From Escherichia phage fEgEco12, in the sequence record PP777464.1: a DNA stretch of 64,000 bases; one strand, written 5' to 3'. The position numbers and the translations under genes are program-made. The notes under the pieces were generated by a model, which was given only the letters and a program-made list of their open reading frames with translations, was not told the origin of the DNA and ran no database searches. This document shows, piece after piece, positions 55,167-62,552 of this stretch (positions are counted from its first letter, which is position 1; every line of letters starts with the position of its first letter).

Positions 55167-55223
55167 TTGCATTTAGTTTTCAGTACTGTTATAGTACTTG
55201 CATCAAGGGGAAACATCTTCCCC
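55167..55223 (+). promoter_or_regulatory. promoter + leader stem-loop module
   Basis: TTGCAT, TATAGT, hairpin GGGGAAACATCTTCCCC. Confidence 0.6.
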
Positions 55224-55241
55224 TACTAAGAGGAAATAAAA

Positions 55242-55430
55242 ATGGAAAACTTATCAAGTATTTTAGTACAAGATGATTTCGGTAATCCTGGAAGTGCTAT
55301 CATTGTTCGGGGCAATAAAGCAACGTTTGTTATTGCTGGTGGACCCGTACAGCGTAGCATTAAAAATAATGCTGTTACCATTAATAATGTACGCTATCGC
55401 TTAGATAAAGAATTAATTCATAAACTGTAA
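55242..55430 (+). CDS. hypothetical protein (62 aa)
   Basis: ATG after AGAGGAAA RBS. Confidence 0.5.
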   Translation: MENLSSILVQDDFGNPGSAIIVRGNKATFVIAGGPVQRSIKNNAVTINNVRYRLDKELIHKL

Positions 55431-55457
55431 TATTAATTTAATAGAGGATAACAATAA

Positions 55458-55781
55458 ATGTACATTCATACTACTGTCACAAAGGAAGTCCGTTGCCAGT
55501 TCGAAAGTATTCCGGGCGTATGTTTCATCACTGGTACGTTTTCCCCTGGTGATCGTGATAATCCAGTACTGTTACAGTTACGCCATCCATTATGGGATAA
55601 AGCATTTGATCTGCCGTTGAATGAATTCGCAACCACTGCTGATAAGTACATTAAAAATATTCGCGAGAATGATTGCCTATTCATTAATGCTTTTAGTGAT
55701 GCCGCGTTAAGTGAGATCCATGCTGTATTGGTTGCAATCATGGAATCAATGGAGAAAACTATATTCAAACAAGGTGAATAA
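55458..55781 (+). CDS. hypothetical protein (107 aa)
   Basis: ATG after GAGGA RBS. Confidence 0.55.
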   Translation: MYIHTTVTKEVRCQFESIPGVCFITGTFSPGDRDNPVLLQLRHPLWDKAFDLPLNEFATTADKYIKNIRENDCLFINAFSDAALSEIHAVLVAIMESMEKTIFKQGE

Positions 55782-55786
55782 AAACT

Positions 55787-55846
55787 ATTGACAATGCAAT
55801 CCAGTACTGTATAATAGTTTACATGAAGGGGAGAAATGATTCTCCC
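55787..55846 (+). promoter_or_regulatory. promoter + leader stem-loop module
   Basis: TTGACA 55787-55792, TATAAT 55808-55813, hairpin GGGGAGAAATGATTCTCCCC. Confidence 0.65.
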
Positions 55847-55864
55847 CACTAAGAGGAAAGAAAA

Positions 55865-56077
55865 ATGCAAGGTCAACTAATCGTTCGTAAATGGTCTGAT
55901 ACTAACGAAAAACCGTGGGATGTACAATACATCGCCCCAAATGGTGAATCCAGATATCAACCAGGTGTAACGCATAGTACTGAGCAATTCGCCGCCGCTC
56001 ATCGCGAACGTCTGTTACAATCAATGCAGCAAGGTTCCGGTGAAAAATTCATTCAGGATCATTGGCTGAAAGATTAA
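55865..56077 (+). CDS. hypothetical protein (70 aa)
   Basis: ATG after AGAGGAAAG RBS. Confidence 0.55.
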   Translation: MQGQLIVRKWSDTNEKPWDVQYIAPNGESRYQPGVTHSTEQFAAAHRERLLQSMQQGSGEKFIQDHWLKD

Positions 56078-56085
56078 AAAAGTAC

Positions 56086-56143
56086 TTGCACAGTACTGAA
56101 TAAAGTGTATAATGTTTTATATCGGAAGGGGAATAGTTCCCCT
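56086..56143 (+). promoter_or_regulatory. promoter + leader stem-loop module
   Basis: TTGCAC 56086-56091, TATAAT 56108-56113, hairpin AGGGGAATAGTTCCCCT. Confidence 0.65.
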
Positions 56144-56164
56144 CCTAACAAAGAGGAAAGTATA

Positions 56165-56338
56165 ATGGTCCAGGTAGAATTAACAGTACTGAAAGATCTG
56201 TTTTATCGGATTGGTACTACTGGCGAATATCCGAAGGGTGATAATGCAAAACTTTACGTATCACTCGACTTATGGCAACGCGAACAATTAGCAACGGCCT
56301 GGCGTAAAGGCAAAGCAGATCGAGAGGTGAAAGCATGA
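56165..56338 (+). CDS. hypothetical small protein (57 aa)
   Basis: ATG after AGAGGAAAG RBS. Confidence 0.5.
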   Translation: MVQVELTVLKDLFYRIGTTGEYPKGDNAKLYVSLDLWQREQLATAWRKGKADREVKA

Positions 56339-56484
56339 AAGAATTCTTATTTGAAGTAGTGTTTCAAGGTGTCGGTAATAACCAACTGATTCGATCAAGT
56401 GGTTATAATGTTAACCAGGCATGGAATAACATTAAACAAATGTACCCGAACGCTATCACATATCGCAACCCGAAAGAAGTTTAA
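56335..56484 (+). CDS. hypothetical small protein (49 aa)
   Basis: ATGA overlap; below track cutoff. Confidence 0.4.
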   Translation: MKEFLFEVVFQGVGNNQLIRSSGYNVNQAWNNIKQMYPNAITYRNPKEV

Positions 56485-56498
56485 AAATATTTGAAAAA

Positions 56499-56532
56499 GG
56501 GATTGACTCCGGTCAGTCCCTTTGCTATTATA
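56499..56532 (+). terminator. composite terminator-promoter (GGGATTGACTCCGGTCAGTCCC; -10 TATTAT)
   Basis: hairpin + TTTGC; TTGACT inside stem. Confidence 0.65.
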
Positions 56533-56622
56533 TACGCATAGAAACAAATTAGCCCACAGGGTGCATAAATGTATCTATTGTTTGCTGGTGGCTAGTACTG
56601 AAAACTATTTTTAAAAAAGTAC
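56533..56622 (+). ncRNA. candidate short transcript with TAGCCCACAGGGTGCATAAATGTATC motif and Chi octamer
   Basis: no ORF; GCTGGTGG 56584-56591. Confidence 0.3.
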
Positions 56623-56650
56623 TTGCATTGTACTTAGAATCAAGTATAAT
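56623..56650 (+). promoter_or_regulatory. promoter TTGCAT-16-TATAAT
   Basis: TTGCAT 56623-56628, TATAAT 56645-56650. Confidence 0.6.
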
Positions 56651-56651
56651 G

Positions 56652-56738
56652 TTTTACATCAGGACGGGGAACGAAATAAGTAACCCCGTTAAGTAGTCCA
56701 GGAGTAAGACATACGAAAAACTCCCCTGATAAAATAGT
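56652..56738 (+). ncRNA. candidate small RNA / structured leader (copy 2 of duplicated element)
   Basis: near-identical to 46398-46486; no ORF. Confidence 0.35.
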
Positions 56739-56766
56739 TTGACAATAGAAAGTAAACGAGTATAAT
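56739..56766 (+). promoter_or_regulatory. promoter TTGACA-16-TATAAT
   Basis: TTGACA 56739-56744, TATAAT 56761-56766. Confidence 0.6.
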
Positions 56767-56799
56767 ACTTACATCAACCACTGATAAGGAAACATTAAA

Positions 56800-57075
56800 A
56801 TGCGGACTTTACTTACAGCTAACGAAATCGAGCAAGTACTGACTACTAATCTGGAACAATGGAAACGTGAAGCAGATATCCAGGCGGTTCAATGCCTTAA
56901 CGATAAGTTAACGCCAGATGACTTAAGCACGATTGTTGATCCACAATTTTATGAAGATATTCACGACACGTCTTTAAGCGTCGAGGATGTACTTGATAAG
57001 CACTACATTGATACTGATTTACATGTTTACGGTCGTAAAAACTTTATCACTATTCACGACATTTACAATACTTAA
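56800..57075 (+). CDS. hypothetical protein (91 aa)
   Basis: ATG after AAGGAAA RBS. Confidence 0.55.
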   Translation: MRTLLTANEIEQVLTTNLEQWKREADIQAVQCLNDKLTPDDLSTIVDPQFYEDIHDTSLSVEDVLDKHYIDTDLHVYGRKNFITIHDIYNT

Positions 57076-57078
57076 GTA

Positions 57079-57140
57079 TTGACAAAGTATCTTAGTACTG
57101 TATAATAGTTTACATCAAGTGAGGGGAAACGGTTCCCCTC
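57079..57140 (+). promoter_or_regulatory. promoter + leader stem-loop module
   Basis: TTGACA 57079-57084, TATAAT 57101-57106, hairpin GAGGGGAAACGGTTCCCCTC. Confidence 0.65.
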
Positions 57141-57163
57141 CTAACAAAGAGAGAGAAATAAAA

Positions 57164-57346
57164 ATGGCTAAGTGCACTATCTGTAATAAAGAAATAGTAT
57201 TAGTTCCAAGTGCCCGTGAACGTGCCGCTCGGTTCGGTGGCAAAGCGTCAGACTATACAAAAATGTTTACTGCCCATACAGCTTGCCAGGTAGCAAAACG
57301 TTCACAAGAAAGCGTAGAATTAATGCGTAAACTTTCCAAAAAATAA
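57164..57346 (+). CDS. small protein with CxxC (60 aa)
   Basis: ATG after AGAGAGAGAAA RBS. Confidence 0.5.
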   Translation: MAKCTICNKEIVLVPSARERAARFGGKASDYTKMFTAHTACQVAKRSQESVELMRKLSKK

Positions 57347-57349
57347 GTA

Positions 57350-57411
57350 TTGACAAAGTATCTTAGTACTGTATAATAGTTTACATCAAGCGAGGGGAAT
57401 AGTTCCCCTCC
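57350..57411 (+). promoter_or_regulatory. promoter + leader stem-loop module (duplicate of 57079-57140)
   Basis: TTGACA 57350-57355, TATAAT 57372-57377, hairpin GAGGGGAATAGTTCCCCTC. Confidence 0.65.
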
Positions 57412-57433
57412 TAACAAAGAGAGAGAAATAAAA

Positions 57434-57757
57434 ATGGCTATGATCCTTGCCCAGAAAGTAGAATTGAAAATTGTAACCTCCTTTGACATTAACGTTAATC
57501 GGTGGACTGATTCACACGGCAATACTTACCACTCTTGCTACGTGTCTGCGTTAATTGGCGACCGCTGGGAAGACCTGGGACACGAAACCTTTACATACGG
57601 TTACGGTACACAAGGCGAATACACGGGCTTGGAGATCATTAAAGAAACCGTTATAGGTTTCAACCCGAAAGAAAAAGTTATTCATCGCATCGAGGAAGAG
57701 ATCAACAAAGAAATAACAGTTCGCTACCACGATGTAAAACGTAAGAAAGACATGTAA
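57434..57757 (+). CDS. hypothetical protein (107 aa), paralog of 50603-50926
   Basis: shared NRWTDSHGNTYHSC block. Confidence 0.55.
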   Translation: MAMILAQKVELKIVTSFDINVNRWTDSHGNTYHSCYVSALIGDRWEDLGHETFTYGYGTQGEYTGLEIIKETVIGFNPKEKVIHRIEEEINKEITVRYHDVKRKKDM

Positions 57758-57788
57758 TAGAATCCATTTAAAGTACTATTTGACATTG

Positions 57789-57817
57789 CCCAGATAGTAC
57801 TTTATAATAGACTCTAA
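57789..57817 (+). promoter_or_regulatory. promoter TTGACA-17-TATAAT
   Basis: TTGACA 57789-57794, TATAAT 57812-57817. Confidence 0.6.
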
Positions 57818-57852
57818 CTTGTAGTACTAACTCAACTAATAGGATGTATACC

Positions 57853-58248
57853 ATGATTACTAAATTCTACGCTACCCGTGAAGCTGCCCGTATTGTTGCA
57901 CGCGAGGAAGGAGCAGCATTTAAAGACATGGGCAAAGATGCAACGAAAGGACAACGCTGGGCCGTACAGTTCAAAGAAATCTCTGATATTGTGAATTCAC
58001 CTGAGCCAGTACTGACAGCAGCAGAACTAAAACGAGCGGATATGCTGGCGGCAATACTTGACGCACAAGATGAGTTTATCGCTGATTCTGATATCAAAGT
58101 ACAGGTAAACCACACCGCATGGACTCACGCGGATCACCTGGCAAACCTTAAGCGTCCAAGTGAACTGATTCGCAACCAGAAAGAGATCCGACATGATCGT
58201 AAGGGTAATCGTGTAACAGTATACAGTAAACGCCGCCAGGTTATCTAA
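57853..58248 (+). CDS. hypothetical protein (131 aa), paralog of 45535-45801
   Basis: shared KFYATREAARI...RKGNRVTVY blocks. Confidence 0.55.
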   Translation: MITKFYATREAARIVAREEGAAFKDMGKDATKGQRWAVQFKEISDIVNSPEPVLTAAELKRADMLAAILDAQDEFIADSDIKVQVNHTAWTHADHLANLKRPSELIRNQKEIRHDRKGNRVTVYSKRRQVI

Positions 58249-58270
58249 TAACTTGCAGTACTAACAACAC

Positions 58271-58295
58271 GGCGGGATCAGTTCCCGCCTTTTTT
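58271..58295 (+). terminator. intrinsic terminator GGCGGGATCAGTTCCCGCC + T6
   Basis: hairpin + TTTTTT. Confidence 0.7.
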
Positions 58296-58309
58296 ATAGG
58301 ACAAACAAA

Positions 58310-58564
58310 ATGATTAAGGTTCAACTATATAAAGATAACATCTTACGGGTACACTATAAAGCACCTCAGAGAATCATCACAAAGGCCGTACAGCTTGCTA
58401 ATGAGTTTATTAATGGTAACCTATTACCTAGGAAGTTAAGCAACGGGAAACTGCGTGTAATCGACGTGGACACTAACAACAGGATAGTAATCGAGAACAC
58501 AGGAAAGATAAACCTTTATGAGCATCAACAATACAATAAGAAAATAAAACTAATATCACGTTGA
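58310..58564 (+). CDS. hypothetical protein (84 aa)
   Basis: ATG ORF. Confidence 0.5.
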   Translation: MIKVQLYKDNILRVHYKAPQRIITKAVQLANEFINGNLLPRKLSNGKLRVIDVDTNNRIVIENTGKINLYEHQQYNKKIKLISR

Positions 58565-58589
58565 CAGTACTCAATTGTTTTAGTACTAT
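58561..58589 (+). promoter_or_regulatory. promoter TTGACA-17-TACTAT
   Basis: TTGACA 58561-58566; duplicated at 58837. Confidence 0.55.
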
Positions 58590-58617
58590 GTACACATACC
58601 AACACGGGAGAAACAAA

Positions 58618-58836
58618 ATGAAATTATCTAAAATCGAAAAGAAAACTATTGATGAAGCAGTTAAGCACGGTTATACCTTTCGTAATGATTCACATTTTAC
58701 CAATTTTCAACAAGGGTATCGTACTATTAAAAAACTAATTGACAAAGGTTTATTAGTTGAAGTCAATAACGGTAACGGTATCGAGTATCAACCAACACAG
58801 GACGCATTTTATTTTAAGAAATATAATATTATCTAA
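58618..58836 (+). CDS. hypothetical protein (72 aa)
   Basis: ATG after GGGAGAAA RBS; track ORF begins at TTG within the promoter. Confidence 0.5.
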   Translation: MKLSKIEKKTIDEAVKHGYTFRNDSHFTNFQQGYRTIKKLIDKGLLVEVNNGNGIEYQPTQDAFYFKKYNII

Positions 58837-58865
58837 TTGACAGTACTCAAATGTTTTAGTACTAT
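58837..58865 (+). promoter_or_regulatory. promoter TTGACA-17-TACTAT (duplicate of 58561)
   Basis: TTGACA 58837-58842. Confidence 0.55.
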
Positions 58866-58893
58866 ATGTACATACCAACACGGGGGAAACAAA

Positions 58894-59136
58894 ATGATTA
58901 CTTTAGAAAAACGTATCAAAGAAACTACATCGCTGGTGGAACTGTTAACAGTACTCAAATGTAAAACAACACCATTCAGCACGCCGGACTTTATTAATAT
59001 GGTTGATGTTAATGGTCGCTATCGTATCACGGTCGAACAAGGAGCGGCGAAAGTATTCAGTACTAAAAACACGAAGGAAGTGATCCACGCCGTTAATGTT
59101 AAAAAAGTAGTTGCCATTGATAGTAAAGTACTGTAA
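58894..59136 (+). CDS. hypothetical protein (80 aa)
   Basis: ATG after GGGGGAAA RBS. Confidence 0.5.
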   Translation: MITLEKRIKETTSLVELLTVLKCKTTPFSTPDFINMVDVNGRYRITVEQGAAKVFSTKNTKEVIHAVNVKKVVAIDSKVL

Positions 59137-59167
59137 TATAGTTTCATTAACTCAAGGAGAACATGCA

Positions 59168-59752
59168 ATGCGTAATTATACTAAATTCATCCGTACACTG
59201 TCAGAAATGGAAACCAACAAAGAGATCCTTTCAGCTTGTCGGTTAGCTGGCCTGGAGATCATCGGTGCTGGTTCTTCCCGTATAGTTTTCGCTTTAAATG
59301 ATCGGTTAGTGATTAAGGTCGCGAATTGTGATGCGGGTGTAGAACAAAATGAAACTGAATGTAAGGTATGGAATTTTTTAGACTATGACCGCCCTCAATT
59401 GAAACAGTACTTTGCAAAGGTGCATATGCATTTATGCGATCCTGATAATATGTTTATCGTTATGGATCGGTTGAGTACTGCAAGCAAAGGCAGTGTGAAG
59501 CACGTAAACGCGTGCAATGAATTAAAGTACAATATTAAACGTAATGCAATCGAACGCCAGCACCGCTTTGCTGATGCACTACAACACGTTGATGATACAT
59601 TATCAACACTAACGATAAGAGATATCAGAAAACAGAATATCGGCCAGGATCGTAATGGACTTATTAAAGTACTTGATTACGGTTTAACCAGCAATATCTG
59701 GAATCAGTACTATAAAAAGCGTGATGTGGCAGCAAGTAAGGTAACACGATAA
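59168..59752 (+). CDS. protein-kinase-like protein (ePK-fold motifs)
   Basis: GAGSSRIV glycine loop, VIKV lysine, IRDIRKQN catalytic-loop-like, DYG (DFG-like). Confidence 0.55.
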   Translation: MRNYTKFIRTLSEMETNKEILSACRLAGLEIIGAGSSRIVFALNDRLVIKVANCDAGVEQNETECKVWNFLDYDRPQLKQYFAKVHMHLCDPDNMFIVMDRLSTASKGSVKHVNACNELKYNIKRNAIERQHRFADALQHVDDTLSTLTIRDIRKQNIGQDRNGLIKVLDYGLTSNIWNQYYKKRDVAASKVTR

Positions 59753-59767
59753 AAAAAGATTAAAAAA

Positions 59768-59800
59768 GGGATTGACTCCGGTCAGTCCCTTTGCTATTAT
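59768..59800 (+). terminator. composite terminator-promoter (GGGATTGACTCCGGTCAGTCCC; -10 TATTAT)
   Basis: same element as 56499 and 62520. Confidence 0.65.
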
Positions 59801-59893
59801 ATATCCATTGAGAGATAACTCACTGACCCATAGGGTGCGGAAGTGTATCTATTATATAAGTATTCAGTACTGAAAACTATTTTTAAAAAAGTA
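59801..59893 (+). ncRNA. candidate short transcript with ACCCATAGGGTGCGGAAGTGTATC motif
   Basis: no ORF before next promoter. Confidence 0.3.
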
Positions 59894-59954
59894 CTTGCAT
59901 TGTACTTAGAATCAAGTATAATGTTTTATATCGAGAGGGGGAATGGTTCTCCCT
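59894..59954 (+). promoter_or_regulatory. promoter + leader stem-loop module
   Basis: TTGCAT 59894-59899, TATAAT 59917-59922, hairpin GGGGGAATGGTTCTCCC. Confidence 0.65.
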
Positions 59955-59973
59955 GGCAATAAGGAATAAAATC

Positions 59974-60195
59974 ATGACTACAATGACTTGCATTTACGCT
60001 TCTAATCTTCTGAATGATGCGGCCTTTAATGTTGATTCAGAATATCAATGTTATCGGGATGAAAATAAAAAAGTTTTTGTAGTTGATAATAATGGTTTCC
60101 ATATTGAATTACAATCCGGCTTCACTGGTGTTGATGGTAAATCAGTATGGGGCGTACAGGATGATAAAGGCACATATCATTTTAAACGTAATTAA
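59974..60195 (+). CDS. hypothetical protein (73 aa)
   Basis: ATG after AAGGAATAAA RBS. Confidence 0.55.
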   Translation: MTTMTCIYASNLLNDAAFNVDSEYQCYRDENKKVFVVDNNGFHIELQSGFTGVDGKSVWGVQDDKGTYHFKRN

Positions 60196-60198
60196 GTA

Positions 60199-60257
60199 TT
60201 GACAAAGTATATCAGTACTGTATAATAGTTTACATCAAGGGGAGAATAGTTCTCCCC
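60199..60257 (+). promoter_or_regulatory. promoter + leader stem-loop module
   Basis: TTGACA 60199-60204, TATAAT 60221-60226, hairpin GGGGAGAATAGTTCTCCCC. Confidence 0.65.
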
Positions 60258-60278
60258 GATACTAAAAGGAATAAAATC

Positions 60279-60683
60279 ATGACTACTACTAATCAAGCTC
60301 GGTCCATCGCCAACGATAAAAATCATGCTGCAATGGTCGCTGGTTACATTGAAGCTATGCAATTCAGTACTGTACACAATGAGAACGGCGATTACCTGGA
60401 AGATTATGAGTTATCTGATGAAGCACGTCAAGCGGCGGTGATTGCATGTTCTCGCTTCATTGAGAAACACGGTAATGATCTGGAAGTAGTTCGCGGTATG
60501 TTTATTGATTACGGTTATGAGCAAGCTGGTCATGATCTGTTCCTTACCCGCGAAGGTCACGGAACTGGTTTTTGGGATCGTGGTTTAGGTCACTATGGCG
60601 ATGTATTCACGAAGTACTGCGAAGAAATCAACGTTTGCGATCCCTATGTAGGCGATGATAATCTAATCTATATGGGCGAATAA
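60279..60683 (+). CDS. hypothetical protein (134 aa)
   Basis: ATG after AAAGGAA RBS. Confidence 0.55.
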   Translation: MTTTNQARSIANDKNHAAMVAGYIEAMQFSTVHNENGDYLEDYELSDEARQAAVIACSRFIEKHGNDLEVVRGMFIDYGYEQAGHDLFLTREGHGTGFWDRGLGHYGDVFTKYCEEINVCDPYVGDDNLIYMGE

Positions 60684-60689
60684 AAGTAT

Positions 60690-60748
60690 TTGACAAAGTA
60701 TATCAGTACTGTATAATAGTTTACATCAAGGGGAGAACTATTCTCCCC
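60690..60748 (+). promoter_or_regulatory. promoter + leader stem-loop module
   Basis: TTGACA 60690-60695, TATAAT 60712-60717, hairpin GGGGAGAACTATTCTCCCC. Confidence 0.65.
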
Positions 60749-60772
60749 ACACCAATAAAAGGAAACAAAATT

Positions 60773-61045
60773 ATGTCCAGCTACTCCGCTACTATGATCA
60801 TTAAAGATATGAACGGTAATCCTACTTCTGCTGGTGGATCATTTGGAAATATTAACTTAGATGGGCGGTTATCCATGCAATCAGCCATCGATACAGCGAA
60901 AGAAGTTTTTAAGAATGAATGTACTGTTAGTAAGCTGGATTATATGGGATTCGCTATCGAGAAAACTACTCGTTTTGTGAACTACAAAAATCCACTGATG
61001 ATTGATACTAACCTGAAAGCTAACGAAGTGGGGTACTTATTATGA
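60773..61045 (+). CDS. hypothetical protein (90 aa)
   Basis: ATG after AAAGGAAA RBS. Confidence 0.55.
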   Translation: MSSYSATMIIKDMNGNPTSAGGSFGNINLDGRLSMQSAIDTAKEVFKNECTVSKLDYMGFAIEKTTRFVNYKNPLMIDTNLKANEVGYLL

Positions 61046-61233
61046 CAGTAGAAGAAGTTAAAAAAGTACTGGCAGTACTACGATATCATAATCATTGCAA
61101 GGTGAAGAATGATCCTGATTATCTTGATTCATCCCTGGAGGAAGACACCTTGAACGCTATAAGCCATATGCAGACATTAGCAAAGCGTATGACTGAAAAG
61201 AACATGCCGGACTATATCGGAAATAAAATTTAA
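61042..61233 (+). CDS. hypothetical protein (63 aa)
   Basis: ATGA overlap. Confidence 0.5.
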   Translation: MTVEEVKKVLAVLRYHNHCKVKNDPDYLDSSLEEDTLNAISHMQTLAKRMTEKNMPDYIGNKI

Positions 61234-61239
61234 AAAGTA

Positions 61240-61302
61240 CTTGCATTGTAGTTAGATTAACGTATAATGTTTTATATCGAGAGGGGGAAATGGTTTCCCC
61301 TC
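61240..61302 (+). promoter_or_regulatory. promoter + leader stem-loop module
   Basis: TTGCAT 61240-61245, TATAAT 61263-61268, hairpin GAGGGGGAAATGGTTTCCCCTC. Confidence 0.65.
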
Positions 61303-61320
61303 AAGTCCAGGAGATACACC

Positions 61321-61584
61321 ATGAACACTATCGAAATCACTATCAATGCACACGTATACGACAACGTAGTACTGCAAACTACTATGACCGCCAATGATAC
61401 CAGTACTTTGCGGAATACTGTTATTAGTGCCGTATGTGCCGCTATCGGTGATGTCGCCCTGGAAAATGCAAAACACGTAAACGATGGTTTCACTATGTGC
61501 AAACGTGATAACGCAAAACATATCATCGTGGAAGGTTACGGCGGTGTAGAATTTAATGTTTATATGAAAAAAGTACTTGCATAA
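61321..61584 (+). CDS. hypothetical protein (87 aa)
   Basis: ATG after CAGGAGA RBS. Confidence 0.55.
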   Translation: MNTIEITINAHVYDNVVLQTTMTANDTSTLRNTVISAVCAAIGDVALENAKHVNDGFTMCKRDNAKHIIVEGYGGVEFNVYMKKVLA

Positions 61585-61632
61585 TAACTAAAACAAAGTA
61601 TAATGTTTTGCATAGGGGGAGATATCCTCCCC
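61577..61632 (+). promoter_or_regulatory. promoter + leader stem-loop module
   Basis: TTGCAT 61577-61582, TATAAT 61599-61604, hairpin GGGGGAGATATCCTCCCCC. Confidence 0.65.
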
Positions 61633-61651
61633 CACTAAAAGGAGTAATAAA

Positions 61652-61876
61652 ATGGCTAACTTTGATGAACTGATGCGGGAAGTAGCTAACCTGGCAGAAG
61701 AGAAGAAATCATTCGATTCTATCTATAACACCGCTCACCGTGATTCAGTACTGGCATGTAACCAGGATCAAAAAGATGAACTAATCGCCACCTATCATGA
61801 AGCATGGAAGTACTACCGACAATGGGAGAAAGAAGAAAGTGAGTCTACCATTGACGGCCTCAATAATCTAATCTAA
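61652..61876 (+). CDS. hypothetical protein (74 aa)
   Basis: ATG after AAGGAG RBS. Confidence 0.55.
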   Translation: MANFDELMREVANLAEEKKSFDSIYNTAHRDSVLACNQDQKDELIATYHEAWKYYRQWEKEESESTIDGLNNLI

Positions 61877-61888
61877 AAGTTTTATTTC

Positions 61889-61924
61889 AGTACTATTGAC
61901 ATAGCTTGATAGTACTGATGTAAT
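61889..61924 (+). promoter_or_regulatory. palindrome-embedded promoter (AGTACTATTGACATAGCTTGATAGTACT)
   Basis: TTGACA 61896-61901; weak -10. Confidence 0.5.
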
Positions 61925-61952
61925 AACTTTACTAACTACAAGGGGAAACATA

Positions 61953-62210
61953 ATGGATCAGTTCACACAATATCGGGTAAATCCACAAGCTATGGCCTAC
62001 GTAGAAGACCATAAAACGTTACCAGTACTGCAACCAGTTAAAGGCCATATCTATCGTGCAATGTCGTGGTGTACGGCCCAGGATGGCTATAAAACCGTAG
62101 CCGTGGGTATGTATTGCGGTGATGGTGAATGGTTTGATCCAAATAATCCGGTAGCCATTGACAGTACTGAAAAAATGAAATGGGCCGACTACATCGAAGA
62201 TATTTCATAA
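61953..62210 (+). CDS. hypothetical protein (85 aa)
   Basis: ATG after AAGGGGAAA RBS. Confidence 0.55.
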   Translation: MDQFTQYRVNPQAMAYVEDHKTLPVLQPVKGHIYRAMSWCTAQDGYKTVAVGMYCGDGEWFDPNNPVAIDSTEKMKWADYIEDIS

Positions 62211-62217
62211 AAACTAT

Positions 62218-62279
62218 TTGACAGTACTAACCAATAATGTATAATGTTTTACATAGAGCGGGGGAATAGTTCTCCCGCC
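62218..62279 (+). promoter_or_regulatory. promoter + leader stem-loop module
   Basis: TTGACA 62218-62223, TATAAT 62240-62245, hairpin GCGGGGGAATAGTTCTCCCGC. Confidence 0.65.
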
Positions 62280-62300
62280 AATAGTTTGGAGTAAAACATT

Positions 62301-62501
62301 ATGTCTATCGCTATCGCCCTGGTTGAAGTACTGAAAGAAGCTAAAGCCAACCAGATCGACGTAAAGATCCAGGAACTACAAAACGGCTTAATCGGCTGTA
62401 CTTGTACCGCTGGTGGAGCGGCAGACTATCGAGAACACGAATCACTCGAATCACTGGTTCGGTATCTTACCATGATCGTTGATGATTGGAGAATCATCTA
62501 A
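62301..62501 (+). CDS. hypothetical protein (66 aa)
   Basis: ATG after TGGAG RBS. Confidence 0.55.
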   Translation: MSIAIALVEVLKEAKANQIDVKIQELQNGLIGCTCTAGGAADYREHESLESLVRYLTMIVDDWRII

Positions 62502-62519
62502 CAAAAAAGAATAAAAAAA

Positions 62520-62552
62520 GGGATTGACTCCGGTCAGTCCCTTTGCTATTAT
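62520..62552 (+). terminator. composite terminator-promoter (GGGATTGACTCCGGTCAGTCCC; -10 TATTAT)
   Basis: third identical right-arm copy. Confidence 0.65.
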
